A stretch of 64,000 nucleotides of DNA from Candidatus Saccharimonadota bacterium (GCA_016700315.1 CP065013.1:774727-838726), one strand, 5' to 3'; positions 28,187-37,920 are shown, counted from the first letter of the stretch. Numbers and translations are program-made. Notes: generated by a model not told the origin, from the sequence alone.

Positions 28187-28308
28187 AGGAATTACGCGTT
28201 TAGTGCACTTTCGGATGAAAATCGAGTGCCGCAAGCCGAGCCGTACTTAACGTACGGTGAGCGCGGAACGGAGATTTTCGCCAAAAAGGTGCAACGCGTG
28301 ATTCCTGT
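28187..28308 (+). repeat. 122-nt element with 13-bp terminal inverted repeat (copy 1); candidate structured ncRNA or MITE
   Basis: CAGGAATTACGCG...CGCGTGATTCCTG termini, internal CCGTAC-TTAAC-GTACGG hairpin; second copy at 47934-48056. Confidence 0.6.
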
Positions 28309-28991
28309 TAAGCTTGGAGCGTCTCAATCTCGGCTAAAGTCATGTGTAAGTTGCGTTCTTGGTAGGGAAGTAGTACTTTGGCTTCTTCGGTGTACCAATT
28401 GTGGGTCGAATAAAATACGACCTGGTTCTGCAAAAACACTAATCGATTCTCTGGTCCTGGCTGTTCGCCCTTCAGAGACTCTGAGTAAAGCCGATCACTG
28501 CGAACTTTTGACTCCTCGGGCGGCAGGCCGGCGGCCGACACGTCGGCATCACACATTAGCTGCCCAAGATAATCTTCGCCGGCTGACTGCCAGAAACCGT
28601 GTTGATTTACGCCGCAGACGGTCGCCATAATAATATTTTCTACTCGGGAGACTAATGGCTTTTTAAAGACGTCGGGTGTTTGCTTGATCATCCACTTGGC
28701 GATTTTTTTAGCACTTTGCTGCTCATTCACACCATTCCCAGTCATACCATGAACGAGGTCGTGCCCGGCAGCCGCAATTTGCAAGATAGCTAGCTCAGTA
28801 GGGCTAATTTTGCCCTTGGTCATGGCTAGTTCTCCAAGTGAACTAGCGGCCGCAACAACATCAAGTGTGTGTAGGTGGTTATGGTAGGGAAGCGGCAATC
28901 GGCCGAATTCGCCATAAACCCTACGAGTGTAAGCATAGGAATGAGCTATCAATAGCTCACTGGCTTTATCTAATTTATTTGACCTTTTCAT
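28308..28991 (-). CDS. HD-domain phosphohydrolase
   Basis: H..HxLHTLDV and HDLVH metal-binding motifs. Confidence 0.7.
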   Translation of the reverse strand: MKRSNKLDKASELLIAHSYAYTRRVYGEFGRLPLPYHNHLHTLDVVAAASSLGELAMTKGKISPTELAILQIAAAGHDLVHGMTGNGVNEQQSAKKIAKWMIKQTPDVFKKPLVSRVENIIMATVCGVNQHGFWQSAGEDYLGQLMCDADVSAAGLPPEESKVRSDRLYSESLKGEQPGPENRLVFLQNQVVFYSTHNWYTEEAKVLLPYQERNLHMTLAEIETLQA

Positions 28992-29020
28992 TGCCGCTGT
29001 AATTTTATCATGTTTAAATA

Positions 29021-30799
29021 GTGGTAATGAAAGATATTTTGAGGATCCTAAAATCCGGTCGGGAGCTGAAGTGGCACTACTTTGCCATTAGCCTACTGAC
29101 GACCGTTCTGTCGCTAGTCACAATCATGACGCCTCTTTTGAGTGGCTGGGCGATCGATGAGATAAGAAAGGGCACGGGTGCGAATGTGCGCTACGCCGCC
29201 TTGCTGGCGGTGGGGATCTTTGCTCTCGACTTAATGCAAACAGTGGTCAGTAACATCAATGGCTATATTGGTGATAGGGTGCTGGCTAAACTGACGGCCA
29301 TTTTAAGCCGAGACTATTACTCGCATCTGCTGACTTTGCCGCAAAGTTACTTCGATCGCGAGCTATCTGGGAAAATCATCAACCGCCTAAACCGCTCAAT
29401 CTCTCAAATAACTCAGTTTATTCATATGATGAGCAATAACTTTTTGCAGTTTATTTTTAGTACTGTTTTAAGCTTGGGAGTGGTCGCTTATTATTCCTGG
29501 CAGGTAGCACTAATGCTCTTTGCGCTTTACCCTATCTTTATCTGGATGACAGTCAGGACAAGCGCCCGCTGGCAAGTTTTTCAAAAGCAAAAAAACGAGC
29601 ACAATGACATTGCGAGCGGTCGCTTTGGCGAGTCGATCAACCAAGTCAAGGTGGTGAAAAGCTTCGTCCAAGAAGCGCGGGAGCTGAAGTTTTTTAACCG
29701 GCACTATCGATCGATGGTAGATATCTCTAAGCCGCAGTCGGCACTGTGGCATAAGCAAGACGTCATCAGGCGACTGATTTTAAACATAATTTTCTTTGCG
29801 GTTTATTTATTCATCTTTGTCAAAGGAGCGCAAGGTGTCTTCACACCAGGCCAAGCTGTGGCTTTGATTCTCTATGCCATGAATATCCGCATCCCTATTT
29901 TTTCGATTAGTTATCTGGTCGAAAACACTCAGCGAGCAGTTGCCGATAGCCGAGATTACTTTGAGATTATGGAGATAAAACCTGATATCAAAGATGAGCT
30001 GGCAGCCGAAGACTTAGTTGTGAAGTCGGCGCGGGTGGAGTTTCGGGATGTCGTTTTTGGTTATGGCGATCAGGACGTGCTGAAAAATATTTCACTACTG
30101 ATTGAACCGGGAACTAAGGTAGCGTTGGTAGGAGAGAGCGGCGAAGGCAAGACTACGCTAACCAACTTGCTGCTGCGGCTCTACGAAGCGCGAGATGGCG
30201 AGATCTTCATTGATTCTCAGAACATACGTAAGGTAACGCAGAGCTCACTAAGGGGCAACATCGGTGTAGTATTCCAGGATCCAGCGCTTTTTAGCGGCAC
30301 TATAGCCGAGAATATTTCTTATGCTAATCCAAAGGCGACCGATCGGCAGATATTGGCGGCCGCCAAAGCTGCCAATGCCGATGAGTTTGTATCAAAACTT
30401 AAAAAAGGCTACGACACAGAGATCGGCGAACGAGGACTGAAACTGTCAGGCGGCCAAAAACAGCGTATCGCTATTGCTAGAGCGCTGCTCAAAGACGCAC
30501 CAATCTTGATACTTGATGAAGCAACCAGTAGCCTAGACAGCAAAAGCGAGATTATGGTGCAAGAGGCTTTGGAGCGTCTGATGCAGGGGCGTACTACCAT
30601 TATTATTGCTCACCGCCTTAGCACCATCGCTCATGTTGATCAAATTGTGACTCTCAAGAACGGCCAGATTAATGAAGTAGGCAGCCCAGCCAAACTAGCC
30701 AAAAGCGGCGGTATTTATGCTAATCTTCTAAAACTTCAACATGGCAAAGATAAGGAATCAACCAAACTCAAACTCAGCCAGTACGACATCAACGCCTAA
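29021..30799 (+). CDS. ABC transporter permease/ATP-binding fusion (MsbA-like exporter)
   Basis: 6-TM domain followed by an NBD with GESGEGKTT Walker A, LSGGQKQR signature, ILILDEATS Walker B. Confidence 0.85.
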   Translation: MVMKDILRILKSGRELKWHYFAISLLTTVLSLVTIMTPLLSGWAIDEIRKGTGANVRYAALLAVGIFALDLMQTVVSNINGYIGDRVLAKLTAILSRDYYSHLLTLPQSYFDRELSGKIINRLNRSISQITQFIHMMSNNFLQFIFSTVLSLGVVAYYSWQVALMLFALYPIFIWMTVRTSARWQVFQKQKNEHNDIASGRFGESINQVKVVKSFVQEARELKFFNRHYRSMVDISKPQSALWHKQDVIRRLILNIIFFAVYLFIFVKGAQGVFTPGQAVALILYAMNIRIPIFSISYLVENTQRAVADSRDYFEIMEIKPDIKDELAAEDLVVKSARVEFRDVVFGYGDQDVLKNISLLIEPGTKVALVGESGEGKTTLTNLLLRLYEARDGEIFIDSQNIRKVTQSSLRGNIGVVFQDPALFSGTIAENISYANPKATDRQILAAAKAANADEFVSKLKKGYDTEIGERGLKLSGGQKQRIAIARALLKDAPILILDEATSSLDSKSEIMVQEALERLMQGRTTIIIAHRLSTIAHVDQIVTLKNGQINEVGSPAKLAKSGGIYANLLKLQHGKDKESTKLKLSQYDINA

Positions 30800-30846
30800 A
30801 TTTTGTAATAATCGCTAAAAATCTTCATGATATACTATCTTGTACT

Positions 30847-32025
30847 ATGGTTTTTAGAAATACGCTAGAAATTCCTGTTCCGCCGGATGTGATTATGCGG
30901 GCTAATGCACGCTACCAACAGGCTGTTGCTGCTGGCAGAGATGTTATAAACACCGGCATTGGTGTTGTGGTGGCTGACAGCGGTGACATATTCATGCCAA
31001 CGGACGTGCGTTCAGCCTATGCCGACATTGCCAGCGAACTTAGTGAGAACCCAATCGGTTATCAGACACCTCGTGGGCACGTCGGCTACTTAAGTAAACT
31101 GGTCGAACTGCATGAGTTGGGTGATAGTAGTAGAATTGCAAGTGTTCAGACTGCGGGCGGTACGGGCGCATTGTCACTAGCCGCAGCGGTTTTACCGACA
31201 TTATTTGATCTTCCGGCTAGCAGCCAGATTTTTAGCGATGGGGGTTGGCCAAACTACGAAGCCATTTTTAGTGATTATAATGTTCTACAAGCTAGGCATT
31301 TGGATAGCGAGGGGCGATACGATCATCAGAGTTTTCTTGGTGAGATTGACTCAGCTGATGCAGGTAGCATTGTCTTGATGCAGTCGTCTGGCTTTAATGA
31401 CGACGGCATGGACCGCTCGCCAGAACAGTGGGACGATATTGTCCAAATAATTGGAAGAAGGGGCTTACTGCCAATTATTGATTGCGCTTACTCTGGTCTG
31501 ACGAATCCCATGCTCGAGTCTGTGGCAGATCCTATCGGGAAATATCTTGATTCCGAATATCCTCACCTAGTTACTTATTCAAGTTCAAAAAATCTAGGCT
31601 TGTATCATAACCGTTTGGGAGCGTTAATGGTTTTTGGCGGTAATAGTAGCCAGGTTGCTGGGGTTCAGAATGTGCTAGAAAAAGCTGTACGTAGAAGCGT
31701 GTCCAGCCTAGCTTATTTACCAGCAGAGGCAGCTTATCGAGCTATGTATGACGGCAGTTTACTTACTTTAGAGCAAAATGAGATGGCCCAAACATTGGCT
31801 GCAAGAAGAAGGAGGTTTGCATCCGTTTTGGGAGGTGGCTTCAAACACGTAAGCGATGGAAACGGGCTGTTCGCTAAAATTTTACCTAGTGGTTTTAGCG
31901 AAGATCAACATAAAAAGGTCGAAGAACAAGGAGTCATAATCTTGCCAAGCTCCAGAGTGAACATTGGCGGCGTGCCGACTCCCAAAATACCCTCTGTAGC
32001 CGAAGCAATAAAAAACGTTTTGTAG
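30847..32025 (+). CDS. class I/II (aspartate/aromatic-type) aminotransferase, divergent
   Basis: SSSKNLGLYHNRLG matches the AspC SxSKNFGLYxERxG PLP-lysine motif. Confidence 0.6.
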   Translation: MVFRNTLEIPVPPDVIMRANARYQQAVAAGRDVINTGIGVVVADSGDIFMPTDVRSAYADIASELSENPIGYQTPRGHVGYLSKLVELHELGDSSRIASVQTAGGTGALSLAAAVLPTLFDLPASSQIFSDGGWPNYEAIFSDYNVLQARHLDSEGRYDHQSFLGEIDSADAGSIVLMQSSGFNDDGMDRSPEQWDDIVQIIGRRGLLPIIDCAYSGLTNPMLESVADPIGKYLDSEYPHLVTYSSSKNLGLYHNRLGALMVFGGNSSQVAGVQNVLEKAVRRSVSSLAYLPAEAAYRAMYDGSLLTLEQNEMAQTLAARRRRFASVLGGGFKHVSDGNGLFAKILPSGFSEDQHKKVEEQGVIILPSSRVNIGGVPTPKIPSVAEAIKNVL

Positions 32026-32151
32026 TTTCTGTGCTCCTTATCTTCCTTGTCTAACTAAAGTGATTAGTATTAATATTGTGCTGTGTCAGCTAGCGTTTGA
32101 CTTTTTTCTTAAAGTTTAAGTAGTTGACGAAGTCCATAGCTACTTATGTGA

Positions 32152-33372
32152 TTATTTATCATGCTTTTGGTATATAAATAGTTTACTACTATCTGATAGG
32201 TTATTCTTTCTAAGATCCGGCTTAAGGCAAACGGACAAGTTTTGTCCATCAACCGCAGTGACTGTAACGTCTTTTTGTACTTCTGGAGTCTGGGTGAAGA
32301 CAGAGGTTTTGCCTGCGGTGTAGTTACCTAGTACATTAATACACTGACCTTCATCCAGCTCTTTTACGAGCAAAGAACCACCTGAGGACTCGTCGTCATC
32401 TTTTATAGCAATCTTTCTGCTTAGACTAACGGCGTAAAGTCCTGGCGAAGACTCGTGAAAGGTTTGACCTTCTTTGGAAGTCGTATAGAGTGAGCTAGGC
32501 GCATCGGTTGTATCATATTCGACCATCAGGGGTATTTGCTCAACTCGCTTGCCAATCAGGACAGGGGCTGCTCCATCTGGTTCGGGGAAGCCTTGTGCTA
32601 CGTGATCTGGGCTGTTGTTCCAGTCAACAAGTGCCTCTATAGGGTTTGGTAAAGGTATGCCTAGTAGCTTGGCATCAGAGCTGTTATCAAATATCTGTGG
32701 GCCCCAACCAATCGTTACCGCTATTAGTGAGTACAAAGCTCTCTTCATCCGCCGCCTTCCGAGCGGTATACGGTTGCCAGTAAATGCAGCGCTAACTCCT
32801 ACAGGGTCAGTGTAGTATGTCTTGATTTTGCCTAACATGTTCAGTATAGAGTTTGCTGCTTTTTTAGCATGACTTGCGCCCTTCTCTTTGGGAGTGAGTT
32901 TTTCGCTAGTTTGTTCGGAAATTCTGTCAATAATATCTTTTGCGAGCTTCAGATATCTAGGGTCATTGACTAGAGGGTCTGAGAATTCAATTCCATTAAA
33001 GACTTGTAAGAAAGCATTGCCCGAAACCGGATCTTTAAAGAATTTCATTGCCTGAGGATTGTTAGAATCAATTTTAGTGTCTTCGGTCTCGTCGAATACA
33101 ATAAATGGCAAACCTTCAACTTTACCTTTTGTGTCCGTGAACGCTGCTATTCGTGCGTAATAAAACGTATCGTTCCCTTTTAAGCATTGCGGGGCGTAAG
33201 CTTTGCTTACTACTGCCCGGCGAGAGTCAATAACTGCATTATAACTATCAGTTTTTAGTATAGCCCCGCAGGTAGCAGACAGGGTATCGGCAAAGCCTGT
33301 GTCACTCGACAATGCTGCTCTAAGCTCTGGATAATCTGATTCTGCCGTTTCGATTTCTGGATTGTATGACAT
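32152..33372 (-). CDS. membrane-anchored protein of unknown family (paralog A of a tandem pair)
   Basis: GGAGAG SD before ATG at 33372; shares GWGPQ...DAKLLGIPLPNPIE...NNSPDH...ESSPGLYA...GNYxxGKT blocks with 33527..34333. Confidence 0.55.
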   Translation of the reverse strand: MSYNPEIETAESDYPELRAALSSDTGFADTLSATCGAILKTDSYNAVIDSRRAVVSKAYAPQCLKGNDTFYYARIAAFTDTKGKVEGLPFIVFDETEDTKIDSNNPQAMKFFKDPVSGNAFLQVFNGIEFSDPLVNDPRYLKLAKDIIDRISEQTSEKLTPKEKGASHAKKAANSILNMLGKIKTYYTDPVGVSAAFTGNRIPLGRRRMKRALYSLIAVTIGWGPQIFDNSSDAKLLGIPLPNPIEALVDWNNSPDHVAQGFPEPDGAAPVLIGKRVEQIPLMVEYDTTDAPSSLYTTSKEGQTFHESSPGLYAVSLSRKIAIKDDDESSGGSLLVKELDEGQCINVLGNYTAGKTSVFTQTPEVQKDVTVTAVDGQNLSVCLKPDLRKNNLSDSSKLFIYQKHDK

Positions 33373-33526
33373 AATCTCTCCTATGATATATAGTATACTA
33401 GAAAAATAACATAGGGTCAACACTATATTATAATAAAAGTATTTCTAAATCTTATTGTCACTTGATGTTCTGAACATAAGCACGCATACAAATCCGGTTA
33501 AACGCGTCATCAAAGCCTGAGTTATC

Positions 33527-34333
33527 CTAATTATTGTGCGGATCTTGGTATATGTACAGCCTACTATTTGGGCTTAGCGAATCTTCGCCGGCTATACAGA
33601 CACTCATGCGTCTCTCGTCACCCATTCTTGTTGGATATACGTAGATATGTTCTGCAACCGAGCTATCAGTAACAAATATTTTTGTTTTTCCAGGTCCATA
33701 ATTACCCTCTACAACAAAACAATCATTATCTGGTGCTTCATCTTTAGGATTATTCAAGTCTAGAGCGTACAGTCCAGGTGAAGATTCTTGTCTCTCGGGC
33801 TGCATGAACGGAAGTCTACGAAAAGCAGTGCTCGGCACACCTTTAGTGTCATAATCCCATATAACCGGAATATTGTTCCTTGGTTTCTGGGCCGAGAATG
33901 TTTCATTAATATCTGGAGACGGGAATTGTCGTGCAGTGTGATCAGGCCTGTTGTTCAAATCCACGATGATTTCTATAGGTTGGGGTAAGGGGATACCAAA
34001 CAACTTTGCATCTGTGTGCTCGTTTTGTACCTGAGGACCATAGCCAAGCACAGCTGTTCCTAGAAGTAATACAGTTCGTTTTTTATTTTTTTTGGCTCTA
34101 ACACCAGCGGATGTCTCGTTATTGTCGTTTGTCGGTTCATGTTCTCGCTCAGTGCCGAAAATTTTCTCTCGTATTCGCTTAAAAAAACCCGGTCTAGGCT
34201 GCACGCCTATATGTACATCTATTGTTTCAGGAATATTTGTTGTACGGCTGGCATAAGGGTAGTTAGGATTTAGGGTTTCTGCTGTGACAGTCCTGTAGGT
34301 AGGTCTTTTGATGAAAGTTTTACTGTTTGACAT
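33527..34333 (-). CDS. membrane-anchored protein of unknown family (paralog B)
   Basis: Shared conserved blocks with the upstream paralog; single TM helix RTVLLLGTAVLGYG. Confidence 0.55.
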   Translation of the reverse strand: MSNSKTFIKRPTYRTVTAETLNPNYPYASRTTNIPETIDVHIGVQPRPGFFKRIREKIFGTEREHEPTNDNNETSAGVRAKKNKKRTVLLLGTAVLGYGPQVQNEHTDAKLFGIPLPQPIEIIVDLNNRPDHTARQFPSPDINETFSAQKPRNNIPVIWDYDTKGVPSTAFRRLPFMQPERQESSPGLYALDLNNPKDEAPDNDCFVVEGNYGPGKTKIFVTDSSVAEHIYVYPTRMGDERRMSVCIAGEDSLSPNSRLYIYQDPHNN

Positions 34334-34545
34334 AATACACCTTTCTAAATTAGATTATAACAAATAGATACTAAAATGTCAACATGATTTTGTAGTATAT
34401 TGTAAAAAGTACTAGCGGAATAGCTTGAAAGCTAGGCGATGGGGTGCGATACTTGAGTAGTAATAAATGAGTTTAGAAGCTTAGGTTCAGAATTGAGAGA
34501 CTGACCCAGGCTTATTGACTCAAAGGAGGGATAACACAAAAATTT

Positions 34546-35055
34546 ATGGCAAATAAATCTCAACGGGCTGCGGCATTGATGTTAGCGGGTTTGTTCTTTT
34601 TGACTACGGTCGGAACAACAGCTTACGTTATTTGGCAAATTAACCGCGAAGACCCAGTCGCAACGGGCGATCAAATTCAGACACCAACTAATAACAACCA
34701 AACGGAGAAAAAAGTGCTAAAAGGTACACCGCTAGCGGATTTCACGCCAACCAAAGAGCCGATCAGTTCTATTCAAAAAATCGACACAGTTGTAGGCTCT
34801 GGAGCAGAAGCTGTGGCGTCGAGTACGGTGACAGTTAATTATACGCTAGCCAATATGGACGATGGTGTAGTTCGCGAAAGCTCGCTCGACAGCCAACCGC
34901 TAACTAGCCCCCTATCTGGTCTAATTAAAGGCTGGCTAGATGGCGTGCCCGGTATGAAAGTTGGCGGTAAACGACGTCTGCTGATACCATCGGCTCAAGC
35001 TTACAACGACGGCAAAGACCTCGTTTTTGACATCGAACTACTTGATGTAAAATAG
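34546..35055 (+). CDS. FKBP-type peptidyl-prolyl cis-trans isomerase, membrane/signal anchored
   Basis: VTVNYTLANMDDGVV...GWLDGVPGMKVGGKRRLLIPSAQAYND FKBP signature. Confidence 0.8.
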   Translation: MANKSQRAAALMLAGLFFLTTVGTTAYVIWQINREDPVATGDQIQTPTNNNQTEKKVLKGTPLADFTPTKEPISSIQKIDTVVGSGAEAVASSTVTVNYTLANMDDGVVRESSLDSQPLTSPLSGLIKGWLDGVPGMKVGGKRRLLIPSAQAYNDGKDLVFDIELLDVK

Positions 35056-35219
35056 CGAAAAATGGACTAAAAACCACAACATATAGCGTATTGAAAAATT
35101 TTCAGACCCTATATACAATTAGAACCATAAGCTCTTCTAATAAACAAAAATGAAGAGAAAAAGCATTAAAAACTAATAGAAAAACCCCTAAAAAGTGGGC
35201 AAAAAGGAAACCAGAAAAA

Positions 35220-35468
35220 ATGAGTAAAAAAGTAACCGTTTTCACGACTTCAACATGCGCTTATTGCGTTATGGTTAAAAAATACCTAGACAGCAAAGGC
35301 GTAGCCTACGATGTAGTAAACCTAGAAGAGCAGCCACAACGCCAAGCAGAAGTCATGGCTAAAAGTGGGGCTATGACAGTGCCAGTCACGCTGGTGCAGA
35401 ACGATGACTTGAGCGAACAAGTGATTGTTGGTTTCAATCTGTCAAAACTAGCGCCAGCTATTGCATAA
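35220..35468 (+). CDS. glutaredoxin-like (NrdH/Grx) small redox protein
   Basis: VTVFTTSTCAYCVMVKKYL with CxxC. Confidence 0.7.
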   Translation: MSKKVTVFTTSTCAYCVMVKKYLDSKGVAYDVVNLEEQPQRQAEVMAKSGAMTVPVTLVQNDDLSEQVIVGFNLSKLAPAIA

Positions 35469-35576
35469 GATCTATAAAATCTAAATCCTAAATCATAAAT
35501 TCTAAAAAATCTATATAAAATTTAAAGTGCTAATTATTTTTGAGTAAAAAACATCAAAAAGAGTTACAATAAGTTT

Positions 35577-35927
35577 GTGAATGAGGGTGTACAGACGAAG
35601 TATGATTTAGAAGAGAGGACTCTGGAATTCGCTAGGTCAATAAGAGGGTATTACCTAGGAAAACAAAGTGCCTACTTGATACAAGACGATCTAAAACAAG
35701 TTATTAGATCGTCTGGCTCAATAGGCGCTAACTATATTGAAGCTAATGATGGACTAAGCAAAAAAGACAGTATCTTAAGGATGAAGATAGCCAAAAAAGA
35801 GGCACGCGAAACCATTTATTGGCTAAAGCTCCTAGATGCCCCTGAAGATCTCATAGAGGAAGCAAGACAAATATCATTCATATTAGCTTCTATAATTAAT
35901 AAATTGAGTGAAAAAGAAAGGAGCTAA
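35577..35927 (+). CDS. four-helix-bundle protein (23S rRNA intervening-sequence protein family)
   Basis: IGANYIEANDGLSKKDSILRMKIAKKEARETIYWLKLL conserved block. Confidence 0.6.
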   Translation: MNEGVQTKYDLEERTLEFARSIRGYYLGKQSAYLIQDDLKQVIRSSGSIGANYIEANDGLSKKDSILRMKIAKKEARETIYWLKLLDAPEDLIEEARQISFILASIINKLSEKERS

Positions 35928-35984
35928 TTTTTGAGCTTTTTAAATTTTTTAGAATTTAGAGTTTAGAAATTAGAATTTTAATAC

Positions 35985-37154
35985 ATGAAAGATGTTTTAT
36001 TATATGGGGCTTCGTGGTGTCCGTTCTGTCGTGCAGTCAAGAATTGGCTGGACACCAAAGGCATCAAATACTCTTATAAAGATGTTGATGAGGCTGGCGT
36101 GCGCGATGAAATGAAAACGCATGTGCCCAACAACGAAACAATTCCAGTCATAGTTATCGACGGCAAAGGCTATGTTAACCCCGAAATTAGTTTCTTGGCT
36201 CAAGAGCTTAACATTGCTGCGGCCACAGACAAAAAAGTCTACGATGTAGCAGTAGTTGGCGCCGGACCGTCGGCTTTGAGTGCCGCAATCTATACAACCC
36301 GCGAAGACCTTGACACGGTGTTGATTGAAAAAGGCGTCATTGGTGGCTTGGCAGCCATCACCGATCAGGTGGATAACTATCCTGGATTCCCAGAAGGTGT
36401 AACTGGTTTGGATCTTGCTGATAATCTACAAAAACAGGCAGAGAGATTTGGTACGAAGTTTGAATTTGCCCAGGTTGAGGCGATTGAGACCCGACCAAGT
36501 GGCGAAAAACGCGTAGTTACCACTGACGGCGAGCTTTTTGCCAGAGCAGTATTAGTGGCAACAGGTAGCGACTACAAGAAGCTGGGTATACCTGGTGAGC
36601 AGGAGTTCTATGGACGTGGCGTTCACTACTGTGCGACCTGTGACGGTCCCGTGTTTCGTGATAAAAAGTTAGTGGTAGTTGGCGGTGGCAATTCTGCCGT
36701 TCAAGAAGCGATTTTCTTAACCAAGTTTGCTTCACATATTGACCTTCTAGTCCGAGGCGACCAGATGCGAGCTAGCGATGTTCTGCAGCACGAGTTAGAA
36801 AAACACAAGGATAAGATAACTATACACTTTAAAACTCAGCCGCTAGAGGTGGTTGGCAACAAGTTTGTTAGTGGTATAAAGACGAAGTCTGACGGTCAGG
36901 ACAAGTTGTTTGAGTGTGACGGTGTTTTTGTATTCATAGGCCTACTGCCTAACACCGACTTCTTAAAACATAGCCTCGAACTCGATGAAGTTGGGTTCGT
37001 GAAAACCGACGAGCGTTTGCAAACCAGCATGGAAGGCGTTTTCGCATCTGGCGACGTTCGAAGCGGTGCAACTATGCAAATCGCTAGTGCTGTCGGCGAG
37101 GGCGCTACCGCTGCTCTCAAAATTCGTGAATACCTCGAAGCAAAAAACCGATAA
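35985..37154 (+). CDS. trxB: glutaredoxin-domain / thioredoxin-disulfide reductase fusion
   Basis: N-terminal CPFC glutaredoxin module fused to a TrxR with VVGAGPSALSAAIY FAD site and CATCDG redox-active disulfide. Confidence 0.85.
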   Translation: MKDVLLYGASWCPFCRAVKNWLDTKGIKYSYKDVDEAGVRDEMKTHVPNNETIPVIVIDGKGYVNPEISFLAQELNIAAATDKKVYDVAVVGAGPSALSAAIYTTREDLDTVLIEKGVIGGLAAITDQVDNYPGFPEGVTGLDLADNLQKQAERFGTKFEFAQVEAIETRPSGEKRVVTTDGELFARAVLVATGSDYKKLGIPGEQEFYGRGVHYCATCDGPVFRDKKLVVVGGGNSAVQEAIFLTKFASHIDLLVRGDQMRASDVLQHELEKHKDKITIHFKTQPLEVVGNKFVSGIKTKSDGQDKLFECDGVFVFIGLLPNTDFLKHSLELDEVGFVKTDERLQTSMEGVFASGDVRSGATMQIASAVGEGATAALKIREYLEAKNR

Positions 37155-37173
37155 TTCCTGCCGCTAAAGTCGG

Positions 37174-37848
37174 TTAGTCTTGGTGTAAAGGGTAATGCTT
37201 ACGGTACCGATCGGGGTGATTGGTGGTAATGAAAGCCCGCTTGTAAAACTTCTGCGCCAGCCAGATCCACAGACTATGGTTGATTGTATAGGCGTTTATC
37301 TCTTTGCCGTACTTGCCGCATAGCCAATAGGTCGAGGGGTTTAGCCACCATTTGTTAAGTGTGACACCGCTAAAGCCGTAGTCACGTGCCAGTTCTATTG
37401 CCGCAACAGGGCCGTGCCAGTAAGGCTGAGAAATAAATGTTCTGCTGTGAGGGAAAGCCTTTTTTAACTCATACAATGTGCCAGGGTGCGGTGAGGTGAA
37501 GCTAAACTCCCTTGGCATGCCTTCGTTTTTGAGGGTGCTAATCAGCTCGTCAGTAGCTGTTGTGCATTTGATATCGAAAAGTAGCGGCGCCTCGGTTTTG
37601 TGCTTGAGGGCTTGATTTAGGGTGGCTAGGTATGGGTGCTCAGCTTTGAGCTGCTCAAAAGTTTCCTTGCGGGGAGCGCCACTTAATGTCTGTTTGAGGG
37701 CCCCGTGAAAAAGAATGAATACACCGTCAATGGTACGATGTAAGTCAACTTCTATGAACTTAGGTCTAAAACGGTTAGCTATCGTGATGCTATCTAACGA
37801 ATTTTCTGGTGCTAGACCGGCAGCTCCTCGATGAGAAATTAAAGCCAT
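37174..37848 (-). CDS. glycerophosphodiester phosphodiesterase family protein
   Basis: ISHRG...PENS...EVDLHRTIDG GDPD motifs. Confidence 0.7.
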   Translation of the reverse strand: MALISHRGAAGLAPENSLDSITIANRFRPKFIEVDLHRTIDGVFILFHGALKQTLSGAPRKETFEQLKAEHPYLATLNQALKHKTEAPLLFDIKCTTATDELISTLKNEGMPREFSFTSPHPGTLYELKKAFPHSRTFISQPYWHGPVAAIELARDYGFSGVTLNKWWLNPSTYWLCGKYGKEINAYTINHSLWIWLAQKFYKRAFITTNHPDRYRKHYPLHQD

Positions 37849-37920
37849 AAAGATAGTTTATAGTTTATAGTTGATAGTTTCTAGTTATAATAAAAGTAGA
37901 AATAAAATTTAGGAGGGTAA

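Noticed and set aside
28226-28630. 134-aa plus-strand ORF
   Set aside because: It overlaps the 122-nt repeat element and is antisense to the HD-domain gene; Arg-rich low-complexity translation.
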